From: Octopus sinensis | Taxonomy: Eukaryota | Assembly: GCF_006345805.1 (NCBI RefSeq) | Contig: NC_043009.1 | Span: 20,584,001-20,648,000 of the forward strand | Direction of reading: 5' to 3' | Length of the DNA: 64,000 nucleotides | Shown here: in pieces, positions 51,501 through 64,000 of the stretch | Position numbering within the stretch: the stretch's first letter is position 1 | How the letters are laid out: each line of letters opens with the position of its first letter | Position numbers and translations under genes: made by a program | Notes under the pieces: generated by a model | What the model saw: only the letters and a program-made list of their open reading frames with translations | What the model was told of the DNA's origin: nothing | Database searches by the model: none

Positions 51501-54194
51501 TTGTTGTATTACATAATGCATTGATAATTAACATTATTTATTTTGTAGTCTTGTATGTTGTAAAGATATTAATAATTGTTTTTATAACGTGGCCGATGCC
51601 AGTGCCGCCTTGACTGGCTTCTGTGCCAGTGGCATGTAAAAAGCACCAACAGATCATGGCCGCTGCCAGCCTTACTGGCACCTGTGCCGGTGGCACGTAA
51701 AAAGCACCCACTACACTCACGGAGTGGTTGGCATAAGAAGGGCATCCAGCTGTAGAAACACTGCCAGATCAGACTGGAGCTTGGTGCAGCCTCCTGGCTT
51801 CCCAGACCCTGGTCGAACCGTCCAACCCATGCTAGCACAGAAAACGGACGTTAAACAATGATGATGATAACTCCTGTCTGTATTGATCAAGTAATCATTC
51901 TCAGTTTGATTTTTATTGTATTTTCAATTTAGTTAAAAAATAATAATTGTGAAAAGTAGGATTTTTTTATAAAGTATAAGCACCATTCACTTCCTCCAAA
52001 AATTTATTGAAAATTTATTCTTAGTTGATATGAATGAAGTACATTGTTTAGATTTCTTGTAGCAAGATTCTTTGGAGGTGTGTAATCCAGATACTTGATT
52101 CAATGCCAAATTGTCTTTTATTAGTTGTGAGTTCTCTCATACAAATCTTTCCCATTTCTTATTCAATGACTTTCACTAATATTTTTTTTATTACCAATGA
52201 AGACTGAATGCCAAATGGAAGATAGTGAATTCAATACTGATTGGCAACAGAAATTTCACATTTTTTCTCAGAAAACTGCTGCTGCTGTTGACAAACTGTT
52301 AGATATCATTGATTTTCTCACTTGATATCACTAATAGTTCCTCTTTCACCTCTTCTGTTTCGGATTCACCCTTCTACAATCATAATGTTAGCCTCTATAA
52401 TTATTTCTCTCACCAAACAGATACACATCCAAAGCTGTCAATCTTCCACAGCAATTCAAAACACTCTGTAATTTATTTTTTACAAGGTTTAGACATGACT
52501 ATGGAGTTGAGAAGTTTGCTTCCCAACCACATGGTTTCAAGTTCAGTCCTACTGTATGGCACCCTGGACAAGTGATTTCTACTGTCGCCCCAGGGTCAAC
52601 CAAAGCTTTGTGAGTGGATTTGATAGATGGAAACAGAAAGAAGCTCATCATGTGTGTGTATGTTTACATTTGTATCTCCTTACCTTGATATCGCAGTTGT
52701 GTGTATCACTGTCATACAAAGAATGTCGTTCATTTCCAGCATTCTACAAAAACATGTCTGACCTAGGGAAAATTATCTCAGTCAGGAAGGGCATCTGGCT
52801 GTAGAAAATCTGTCCCAAGCAAGCATGGAAAAGAGGACATTAAAATGCTGATGATGATGATGTTGATGACAAGGAAGCTCTTTTGTAGGGTGTTGTAAAC
52901 TTTATCTTGCCTGAATATATTTCTCTAACACTATATCCAGTTAAAACACATATGATACATGCAGTTCCTAAGCTGTTCCTTAAATGCCCTATATTTACCA
53001 TTGCCTTCAAAGATCTAATTCACCAATCTATATAAATTATATATATGGCAACCATCTATTATTTTGTTAACATTCATTCTCTCATTGTAATTTAGTCAGG
53101 GTAGACCGGACAGTGCTCAAAGCCTTTTTGTCCCTTCCTGACATGAGTGGGTAGTACCCAGGACATGTTTATTCCTGACAGAATGAGAGGGGATAGTCAG
53201 CAGAGATTGATGTGGTTAACATTTAGTTTGAAAATCAGCAAAGTGAATGTGACCAAAGAAGGGACTGGGCGCTTAGTCCAATGTTTGCAAAGAAACAAAA
53301 TTCAGCAAAGATCCCAGTGGGGGTGGGGGTGATAGTGTAACGTTTTAGTTCTGTCACTCTAATTCTGAAATTGGACTCAAAATAAATTAACATTGGTAAA
53401 CTCTTGTACTGTGTGTGATGCCGTCTCTAATTGGATTATATCTGCTACATATATTTTGATGTTGAAAATTCCATTGCTGTTCAGTGATATTGGTGTTCAA
53501 TTATAGATTTACAATCGGATTGTTTGTTCTCTGTTTTTGCAATAAAATTCACCAACAACACTTGATAACATAAAATGTTATTTTATGCAATCAAGTATTG
53601 TTTTCTTTTATTCTTTACATCATCCTTCTGTTTAGCCTTGTGTTGTTATTTTTAGAAAAATCATTAATTTGTGGTTTGAGAAATTGTATTTTTTTAAAGA
53701 AAACAAAACCAGATGAGAAAGAGAGTAAGAGCAACAGGGTTTTGTGAATGATGAAGGATAAAACCTGTTTTGATAACAGAATGGAAGTGGAAAGATGGGG
53801 AGGATTTCTCTGTTGTAATAATAGAAGATTCAAATTCACCATTTTGTAAATAAAAGGGAAAATGAAGATATAAATGTACAATAAATTATATTTAAAGCTG
53901 CTTGTAACATATTTTTGCTTTGAAAACATTAATTTTCACTGAATAAATTTCTCAATTGCTTTATTTAGAGAGACTCTTCTCAAATTGTGTGCCACTAAAC
54001 ACTAGTGCACCATGAGATGTGGCTAGGTGCCCCATGAATTTACAATAGTGTTTCCCTATGTGTCACTGAACACTAGTCTGCCATAAGATGTGACTCCCCT
54101 AAAATAATAAAATTGCATTTTTCAAAAAATATGAAAAATATGAGAATTTTGTATGTGGAAGATGCACAAGTACAATAATCACCAAAAATGTAGA

Positions 54195-55265
54195 GAAAAT
54201 AGTCTCCATCAACTGCCAGTGGGATAACCTAGAGGTAGTAGATAGCTTCTGTTATCTAGATGACTAAGTTAGTAGCAGCGGTAGATGTTCCGAGAGTGTA
54301 GCTATGAGAATAAGAATAGGCTGGGCAAAGTTCAGAGAGCTCCTACCTCTGCTGGCAATAAAAGGCCTCTCCCTCAGAGTGAAAGGCAGATTGTATGAAG
54401 CCTGCATGTAAATAGCTATGCTACACGGCAGTGAAACATAGGCTGTGACAGCCAAGGATAAGTGTCAGCTTGAAAGAAATGAAGCTGGAATACTTCGCTG
54501 GATGTGCAATGTCAGTGTGCATATGCAATAGAGGGTAAGCATCTTGGGAGAAAAGTTGGACATAAGAGGCATCAGATGTGGTGTGCAAGAGAGATGACTG
54601 TGCTGGTATGGTCATGTGATGTATATGGACAAGGACAGCTGTGAAAAGAGGAGCCAATCTCTAACTGTGGAGGGATCTGTGGTAGATGTAGTCCCAGGAA
54701 GACATGGGGTGAGGTAGTGAAGCATGATCTTCGAACTTTAAGCCTCACAGATGCAATGACTAGTGACCAGGACCTTTGGTGATATGCTCTGCTTGAGAGG
54801 ACTTGTCAAGCCAAGTGTACCTGTGCTGGTGACATGTAAAGAACACCTTTCGAGTGCTGGACCTCATGGAGGCAAAGTGACTGAGTTCCTTTCAAGTGTT
54901 GGACCTCACAGAGGCAATGACCAAGACCTTTGGCATTATGTTGTGCTAGAGAAGAAGACCCATCAAACCAAACAAAATTGCAGTCATGGCAGATACTGGT
55001 GTCACACAAATTGGCATCCATGCCAGTGGCACATAAAAGCACCTTAGAGTCATGCAAATGGCACCTGTGCTAGTGGAACATAAAAGCACTCCTTACACTC
55101 TCAGAGTGGTTGGCATTAGGAAGAGTATCCAGCCATAGAAAACCATGCCGAGTCAGACTGGAGTCTGGTGCAGCCTTCCAGCTTACCAGCCCTAGTCAAA
55201 CTGTCCAACCCATGCCAGCATGGACAAATGGACAATGGACATTAAATGATGATGACAATGACAAC
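54195..55265 (+). mobile_element. RTE LINE 3' end, degraded
   Basis: LEVVDSFCYL, RIRIGWAKFRELLPLL, KGRLYEAC; 3' UTR and (GAT)n. Confidence 0.88.
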
Positions 55266-56365
55266 GAGAATTTTGGTTTCTGATGATAAAAGTTTAAGTT
55301 TTGAAAAGTGAATATTTCTTTTGAATATAAAAGATTTTGCATGTCAGAAAAATGTTAAAAATAATTAGTATTATTATAAGTTATATAAATATTGTTTTTA
55401 ATAAATTTTTTGACTATTTCCAAAATGTGCCAAGACAACTTCTATCTGCCCCCAAATATGTGAGCCATTAACATATTTAGAAACTAACATTTTCTTTTGG
55501 AACGAAAGAAAATGGTAATTCCAGTGTTTTATGTTGAGTCCATGGATAACAGATGGAATGTGTTTCTGTTACCATGGTAAACTACCATAATAACCAAAAA
55601 TTGTTGAGAACTGAGTGAGAATATGTGAAATAACTTTCTGAATAAGCTTTTTATTACAATGAAATATTCCTGGCTTCAAATAGAAGTGGATCTATTTTAG
55701 ATTCAGATGCTACTGCACAATATAGATTCAGTTTTTGTTTGTTGTTGCTGTTGCAGAATATTGGCAATTAGCCAAATATTTGTCTCTTCACATCTTATTT
55801 CTTTGTTTCAGCCTGATAATTCCCTTCAATAATTCTCTTTAATTTTGTGGGGAGAAAACTAAGGAACTTAGAATTCCAAAAGTTACTACAGGAAGACCAA
55901 GGGTCTTAGATAGGGAGTGAAAGGTGTGTTATATGTAGCAGTTTATTAACAGAATAGCTAGAAATGTAGTCATCTGGTAAGCAGTAGATAGTTAATTCAA
56001 ATTCTGTTGGCTTTTTTCTATCTTGAATTGATATTTAAATATTGTTCTACATGAAGCATACCTGGTTTATAAGTTTTATACACACACTCGTATGTTGTAT
56101 AAACAATCATTATATTCCATCATCTGTCACTTATCACTGTTTCTCAAGGTCTACAACAAAAGTGAATAGCAACTTTCATCCAGAATAATAATAATAACAA
56201 AAATAATGGTTTAAAATTTTGGCACAAGGCCAGCAATGTCAGGGGATGGTGTAAGTTAATTTCCTTGATCCCAGTACTCGACATTTTTCATCAACCCTGA
56301 AGGGATGAAAAGCAACGTCAACCTTGACAGAATTTAAACTCAGAACACGAAAACATGAAATACCT

Positions 56366-56597
56366 ATTTCTTTATTACCCACAAGGGGCTAAACACAGAG
56401 GGGACAAACAAGGACAGACATAGGTATTAAGTTGATTATATCGACCCCAGCGCGTAACTGGTACTTTATTTATCGACCCCGAGAGGATGAAAGGCAAAGT
56501 CGACCCCGGCGGAATTTGAACTCAGAACGTAACGACAGACGAAATACCGCTAATCATTTTGCCTGGCGTGCTAACAATTCTGGCAGCTCACTGCCTT
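56366..56597 (-). mobile_element. Young tRNA-derived SINE (neighbouring degraded copies at 56200-56360 and 56660-56875)
   Basis: Minus-strand head aaggcagtgagctgccagaattgttagcacgccagg, B box ttctgagttcaaattcc, core gtcgactttgcctttcatcctctcggggtcgataaa. Confidence 0.88.
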
Positions 56598-57099
56598 AGT
56601 AATAATAATAATAATAATAATAATCATAACAATGATGATGATGATGATAATAATAATGGTTTCAAATTTTGGCACAAGGCCACCAATTTCGGATGGAGGG
56701 GAAGTAAGTATATTACATTGACCCCAGTTCTCAACTGTTACTTATTTTATCAACCCTGGAAGGATGAAAGGCAAAGTTTACCTCAGTGGAATTTGAACTC
56801 AGAACATAAAGACGGATGAAATCCTGCTAAGCATTTTGCCCAGCATTCTAACAATTTTGCCAGTTCACCATCTTAATAATAATAATAATAATAATAGCAC
56901 TGCAGCAACATCAGCAGCTAAACCAACAGCTGTTAATCTGCCATCATTTGTTGTCTAAAGAAATCAGGAGAGACAATATTAGGACCCCTCAGCCTTAACA
57001 GTAATAATAATGAAGCTATAGTAGTGAGCAAATAAATAATAAAGTTGGAATTATAGTAGTAATAGTAGAATTATAATAGTTAACAAGTAAATAATAACC

Positions 57100-60000
57100 T
57101 AGAATGATTAACAAGTGGCATCGTACAACCATCGAATAGTCATATATATTTATATATACTCATCGTGCCACCATCGAATAGTCAGCAACTAAACGGGCAA
57201 CCCCACTAAACATGCTTGCTTGGTGAGGAGGGTGGATTTTCAACATGCTGCGGGATTAAAAACAAGACCGACAAAGGGCAAAGGAACTCAGAAGTGTCAA
57301 TGGCAATTCTGAAAACAGGTAGACAGAATTCATGAGCCTTGGTCAGCACTCTGTCTAGGAGAAGGAATAGGACTCCTTAGTCACAGTGGTGACAACCTGT
57401 CAGCATCCAATGGCTCCATGCCTGGGATGAAGGCGAATGAATTGCAAATCGAGACTTAACTCCTAAGCAGTATTTGGATGAAGATACAGGACCAACTGAT
57501 GTTCACCTGTCTCCTAGTGAGAATCATGATCATGGTCCCCAACACACAGAAATGTGAAGGGAATAGGCCTAACTTATGGGTAGTAAGAGCTCTGCAGTCT
57601 AGGTTGCCAATCTTACTAGAGATGGTGTCTTGATAAAAATATTGGTTGGTAGCTAACTTTAAAGCACATACCTCATTGTTGAATGAAGATGTCTAATACA
57701 AATGTATGAAATAATGGTGTTAATGAGGCTGGAACCAAAGGTGAAGGCCTTTCGCCTGGCAGGTGCCCTGTGGTTGAGCAGTGCAGGGCTGGTCATCATC
57801 CAGAGACTGCTTATACACAAAACCAGAGGCAGAGAAAGTAGGATAAGGAGGCAAACCGAATGGTAATTGAATGCTGGATCAGGAGTGAACCCAGCAGAAG
57901 GGGATTCCAACAACACATGAAAGCAAAATGGAATAAAACAAAACTCTTCAAAATAAGTAAGCACAACAGTTAGCTGACCAGGCAAGAGCATTAAGAGCAA
58001 AAGGGTGGTTAACAGACATAGAAGAGATAAGAAGCAAAGTAGAAAATAGAACTAATACTTAACCAACAGATAATGTGTCCAGTGAGGACAGAGAAATGAA
58101 TGAGGTCAGTGAAGACGTAGAGCAAAGTGTAAATGTAAATACATTCTCAGTAAATGAAGCAGAAGTAATGGGAAGAGCTATATTACAAGAATATGATGAT
58201 AACCAACAAGACATAATGGGGATGCTGTACCGATATATTAGAGAAGACCAGGATCAAGAACCCCACAACAACATTGATCGATGTAAGCTCAAAGTTGAAA
58301 CTGAAAAGATAGATTTGGTCCTTGGGCTATTCCAGACGAGAAATATAACTGAAACTAAGCAGCTATGGTTGCTGCAGATAGTTAGATACAAAAGAAGAGA
58401 ACAAACAGAACATAAAGCACCATGCTGGCTTGGACAAATTTGTGAGAAGGAAAGTTAAAAGGACGTTTGGGAGAAGCTGATGGATTGAGAAGAGGGGAAT
58501 TGCAGAACGAAAGCATAAGAATAATGCTGGGAAGAACCAATAGAACAAGAGATCGAGGTTATGATGTGATATTGGAAGAATTGAAACAAAGAGTAGGAGC
58601 AATCATTAAGGCAAAAAAGGAAAGATATTACAATAGAAAAAAAATCAATTCTGGCAAAACAGATTGTTTGATGGAGCAAATCAGAAGAAACTGTTTCAGG
58701 AACTAGATGGGCAATTACACGTAATAATGATACCAGATGCAGAGGAAAGCAAGGCATTTTGGAGAGGGATCTGGGACCAAGATGCAGATGAAGCAGAGTG
58801 GCTGCATGAAATCCAAGATAGGTTAAGAAATATAGAAGGCCAAGGAAACACAAAGATAACTACAGAAATGATAAAGAAGCACTGAAGAAAATTCCCAATT
58901 TGGAAGAGGCCAGGACTGGATGAGATCCAAGGTTATTGGACGAAAAAGCTGAGAGGGCTCCATGAGAGGATAGTGTAACAGCTAGATGAGTATTTGCAGG
59001 AAGGCACAGTATGCAGCTAGATGGTAAAGGGAAAGACATTGTTATGTGCCAAGGATCCTGAAAACGGAAATGTTGCATCCAACTTTCAATCAATAATGTG
59101 TCTTCTGCTAATGTGGAAACTAATGTCAGGTGCTTTGGTCAGTGAACTGTATAGATACTTGGAAAAAAAGGGGGCTGCTATCCAACAGAAAGGGTGCTGA
59201 AAGTGGAGCTAAGGAATGAAGGATCAGCCCATAATTGATAATCTAATTATCAGAAACTGCAAGAGACGACACACGAACCTAAGCATGGCATGGATTGACT
59301 ATCATAAAGCATACAATATGGTACCATAGTCCTGGATAGCAAGAACAATGGAAATGTATGGAGTAACAAAAAACAATGAAATGTTGGAGAACTGAACTGA
59401 GAGTGGGGAATCAGGTATTAAGAGAGATGAAAATCAAAAGAAGGATCTTCCAGCGGGACAGTGTGTCCCCACTGATGTTTGTGCAGGGAATACTATAGTT
59501 GGGGAATGATCTGGGAAGAGGTAAAGGAAAACTAAACCACTTGCTATTCATGAATGACTTGAAGTTGTTCACAAAAAGTGAGGCAGAACTGGACAGCCTG
59601 GTCCAGGCTACGGATTTTCTCCAATGAAATTAAGATGGAGTTTGAGCTCTCAAAATGTGCTACAATGGGGATGAGATGAAGAAAGCTTGCCAGGACAGAA
59701 GGCATATGGTTGCCAAGTGGTGAAATGTTGAAAGCAATTGAACCTCAATCCAGCTATAAATACCTGAGAATACTTGAGGCAGATGGAATTAAACACGACT
59801 TGAAAGGAAAGACAAAAAGAGAGTACCTGCAGCAAGTGAGAAAAATATTGGCTTCAATGCTGAATGCCAGAAACATAATTTCTTCAATAAACTTACATGC
59901 AGTCACAGTAGTTTGGTACGGTGCTGGAATCCTGAAGTGGACAGAGGAGGAGCTAAAGGAGTTGGACAGGAAGTCAAGAAAGCTCCTAATGATACATGGA

Positions 60001-61050
60001 GCCCATCATTCACATGCAGACACTGTTTGCCTATACAGGGAGAGAGAAAATGGAGGAAGAGGACTGATAAGTGTGAAAGATTGTATCTGTATCAAATTCA
60101 AGAGCCTAATGAGATACCTATCCCAAATTAAGGAAACCATGCTAGTGTCAGTCAGGAACAAGGGAGTATTGAGAGCAGAGAAAGAAGGAAGAATGATGAA
60201 AGCAGTACAGAAAGGACATGAAGAAGAATTATGCAAGAAACGACCACACAATCATTTCCATGCAGCCACAACAGAAGTTGCTGGGAAAAATAAGTAGGGT
60301 TGGCTGAAGAAAGGAACCCTAAAAAAAGAGACCGAGTGGACTCTACTGGTAGAGCAAGATGAAGCTGTGGTCATAAACTGGAGAGTCAACTTAGGAATGA
60401 GCAAGTATCTCTGCTGTGCTGCATCTATAATAGAGTGGACAAAACCACTGCCCATATCATGAATGAATGCCTTAGACTTGCGCAAGTTGTAGTGACACAA
60501 CTAGGTAGCGAAGGTGTTACATTGGAAACTGTGTAAAAAGTGGAGTTTAGAGAGAGGCAAGACGTGGTACAAGCACAAATTGCAGAGAGTGGCAGAGTCA
60601 GAGACTAGTAAAACCCTCTGGGATTTCCCAATCCAAACAATTCAGGTGCTAGAACACAAGAGACCGGCCCTGGTGGTGGTGGACAAGGTGCACCACATGT
60701 GCTATATAGTTGATGTTTCATGCCCCTTTGACCCATGAATAGTCAAGAAGGAAGGCAAAAAGATAAATAGATACAACCCTCTTAAGTACGAAATAGCCTA
60801 TGGAAAATGAACAAGATGAAGATAGTACCAATTATTGTTGGGTACTTAGGGGCAGTATCAGAAGGCACCAAGAGGAATATAAAGGAAATTGGAATAGAGT
60901 GCCCAGTAGAACTGTTACAAAAGTTTTGCCTCCCTGGCACAGTCAGAATAATCAGGAAAGTATTAGATTAACTGAAAAGAGCAAATAGCATGGTACCATA
61001 GCCTGCTACACATGCAAGATTCCAGGAGTTCCAACAAAACCTATGATAAA
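57100..61050 (+). mobile_element. Near full-length degraded R4/Dong-type non-LTR retrotransposon
   Basis: N-terminal [95 protein letters not shown]; followed by (AGT)n(AAT)n. Confidence 0.92.
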
Positions 61051-61054
61051 AAGA

Positions 61055-61088
<34 letters not shown>

Positions 61089-61251
61089 CTACTACTAATA
61101 ATAATAATAATAATAATAATAACAAGGGCACTCAGAGAGTGCAAACGCGCGCCAAAGGAACACCAATGTCCTCTCAACGATTAGCCAGAGATGATTTTTA
61201 AAATGAGAAAATCTGAAATAAACTCAACTGCTCTTACAAACGATAATACTA

Positions 61252-61503
61252 TTGGGCTGGTGCATAATTATTGTGGCTTTTCTTTCAACAAGTTTTATTC
61301 AACAAAAACAATAACAGTATTTAACAAAATCATCTTTAAATGACAGTTTGACCATCTGCCAAGCAAACAGGAAGCAGTAACTGAAGTAGATGGTGAATTT
61401 GCTCTGGAGTAATCATTTAAAGATGTTTTTGTTGCATGTTGTTGTTGTTTTGGTCGAATAAAATTTGTTGAAAAAAAGCCGCAATAATTATACACCAACC
61501 CAA
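61252..61503. mobile_element. Mariner-type MITE with ~100-bp palindromic arms, nested in another repeat
   Basis: ttgggctggtgcataattattgtggctttt / aaaagccgcaataattatacaccaacccaa; TA TSD at 61250-51 and 61504-05. Confidence 0.9.
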
Positions 61504-62957
61504 TAAAAATGAACCCAACCACTCTCAAAAATTAAGTTAAAAAAAAACAAAAATAATCCAGAATCCTTGTCTGGTACCTGATCGATCCCAATGGTAGTCA
61601 TGGAATGTGAAGGTGGGCATGTGGGCTGTGTTTGTAAATCTGTGTGTGTGTTATCTGCAGTGGGAACAGGGATATGTTTCTCTATGAAGGCCTTTTTTTA
61701 GTCTATCCACTGATATAGTGTCTTTATGACCATTAAGGTCTATAGAGAAAAGTGTATCCATGTGTGAAAGAAAACGGAAAAGACCTGCATATGGTGCTGT
61801 TAATGGAGATTTAACAACATTGTTGCACACAAAAACATGAGTGCAAGAAGTAAAGCTTCCTTCAAAGTAGAGCTAGAAATGCAATTGTCAAGGAGGTAAG
61901 AGGTTTTAAACAGGAGCGATATATTCAAAATTGGTAAAACTAAAAATTGTTGAGGATAAATGAAATTTATTATTATTACTGAATATGTTAGTGTTATTTA
62001 ATTTCTGAACAGTTTTGCTGCCAATTTGTTTATGTAGTTTGATTTCCTTATCCTACTAAGATAGAGATGTGAGTAAAATTAATTATAGAGAAACGAAAAT
62101 AAACTTTGGAAATAGCAACACCACCATTACATGTGGAAACCATGAGCATGCTTTCAAGGGAGATAATCAGAGAAAGACTTGAAAGTCAATGCAAGATCAT
62201 AATACTTCACATAAAGTAAATATTTCAAATAATCCAGAATCCTTGTCCAGTACCAGAGCAATCCCAAAATCTAACCAGTTTGTGTCAGTCATGAAGCCAA
62301 ACATCCCTGAAAGTTTCATCCAAATCCATCCAGCGGTTCTTGAGATATCTTGTCCACAAACAAACAAACAAACATGAGTGAAAACAATACCTCCATCTTT
62401 GCTAAGACAGAGGCAATAATAATAATAAGAAGAAGAAAGATGGTTGTCTTGGTATAAAAGATGGTCTACAGCAAATATTCTGCTCAATACCACAGATTAG
62501 CTTGTCAGTTGTTTGACCGTAACCAGTTGAGCATGTCCCTTAGTGGCTGAAGATATGTGCATCTCTGATCATGAGCAGAAGTAGTGGGGAAGCATCATAG
62601 CCTTGCGTTGAAAGGAATACTTGGAGGTTTGGATAATTCACCTTTGGAAACATGGGTGGTTCGTTCAACATCCTTAAACAATCCTTATTCAGGGACCTTT
62701 TGAGCAGGATGGGCTACTCAGCCAGAAGAAAATTCTAAGTGGGCCCCACCTGCAAGGCCATGCACTGTTTATCCTGATATGAGATCACCATGTTGCGCAC
62801 ATGGTTGTGATGCATGTGCCTGGTGTACCCTTATTAGACAGGTAGTCATGATGGGTATACTGGGCTTCGTATATTTGTACCCCAGTGTCACTTTGATGGC
62901 ATGCACTGCTCTCTCGCTCAATAATAATGATGATGATGATGATGAACATAAACATGA

Positions 62958-63255
62958 ACCAGAAGGAGTCACCAAGAACAAGGAATGTAAGATACTGTGG
63001 GATTTTACAATCCAATGTGACTCCCTAATCAAGGCTTGGAAACCAGAAATTGTTGTGGTAGATAAAGAAGAAAAGGAAACCAGGATCATAGATATTGCAA
63101 TATCTGGGGATGCATGCCTAAGTGACAAAGAAGTAGAAAAGATCAAAAAGTACAGACTGCCAAAAGATGAAATTGGAAGAGTATGAGAAGAGTGTCTGTC
63201 ATTCCAGTAGTTGTAGGGACACTTGGAGCACTGACAACCAAGTTCAAGAAATTCA
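62958..63255 (+). mobile_element. R4/Dong-type LINE 3' fragment
   Basis: KILWDFTIQCD..KPEIVVVDK..IIDIAISGD..KIKKY. Confidence 0.85.
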
Positions 63256-64000
63256 TTTCATTCATCATCATTGTTTAACATCTGTTTTTCATGCTAGCAT
63301 GTGTTGGACGGTTTGACCGGGGTCTGGGAAGCCAGGAGGCTGCACTAGGCTCCAATCTGATCTGGCAGTGTTTCTACAGCTGGATGCCCTTCCTAACGCC
63401 AACAACTCCAAGAGTGTAGTGGGTGCTTTTCACGTGCCACCAGCACTGGTGCCAGGGGAGGCTGGCAGCAGCCACGATCTGTTGGTGCTTTTTACGTGTC
63501 AGCGGCACAGAAGCCAGTCAAAGCAGTGCTGGCATTGGCCACATTCGGATGGTGCTTTTTACATGCCACCGGCACAGGGATCACAACTACAATTTCCATA
63601 GAAATTGGAATTGATATGAGAGCAGAGCAAGGCCAAAAAACTGTTCTGCTGGGGACAGCAGTATATTTCAATGTAACCATTGTAAGAAAAGAGTCAATGT
63701 TAGACTCTTTATGATTATCAGAACCTAACAACTTGTTATTGATGTATGTAAACAATAAAGATTTACATTTTTGGAACTACATCACTGCTTTTAGATTCCT
63801 AGAGTTAGAATTTTGTCAGAGTACATTCAGTTGCATTTTCTGTCTTTTAATAATTTAATCAAAAAGGGTGAGAAGCATTCAACCCTTTTTAAATGTCTCA
63901 GGGGAAAGAAACAGAAGGTTGGATTCCCAATCTAAATATGTGTCCTTGTTGTTAACTTTGAATCCTCCTTAAAGAAATACAACTTGGCTCTGTTATTCTA

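Overview
AT-rich eukaryotic DNA that is almost entirely repeats, with one 100-N assembly gap (27292-27391). The SINE, RTE-tail and microsatellite families look like those of an Octopus genome (inferred from recognising the repeats, not from a database search). The only host coding sequence I can support is one 90-bp internal exon (48187-48276, +) encoding the C-terminal half of a RING-CH (MARCH-type) E3 ligase domain. The rest is Penelope-like elements (PLEs) of several ages, R4/Dong-type and RTE LINEs, a full-length decayed mariner, a Helitron carrying a PIF1 fragment, MITEs, tRNA-derived SINEs and very long (TA)n arrays. Most long entries in the ORF track are microsatellite artefacts. Two items stand out. 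(1) A ~330-bp element at 7404-7730 joins a tRNA-derived Pol III head to a minimal type I hammerhead ribozyme and has an inverted copy of its own 3' tail in front, which suggests a PLE-mobilised ribozyme SINE. (2) A young Naiad-like PLE at 28380-29830 has an in-frame TGA exactly at a conserved Cys of its CxCx5C motif, a candidate selenocysteine. Repeat boundaries were read by eye and are approximate unless a TIR, TSD or splice site fixes them.
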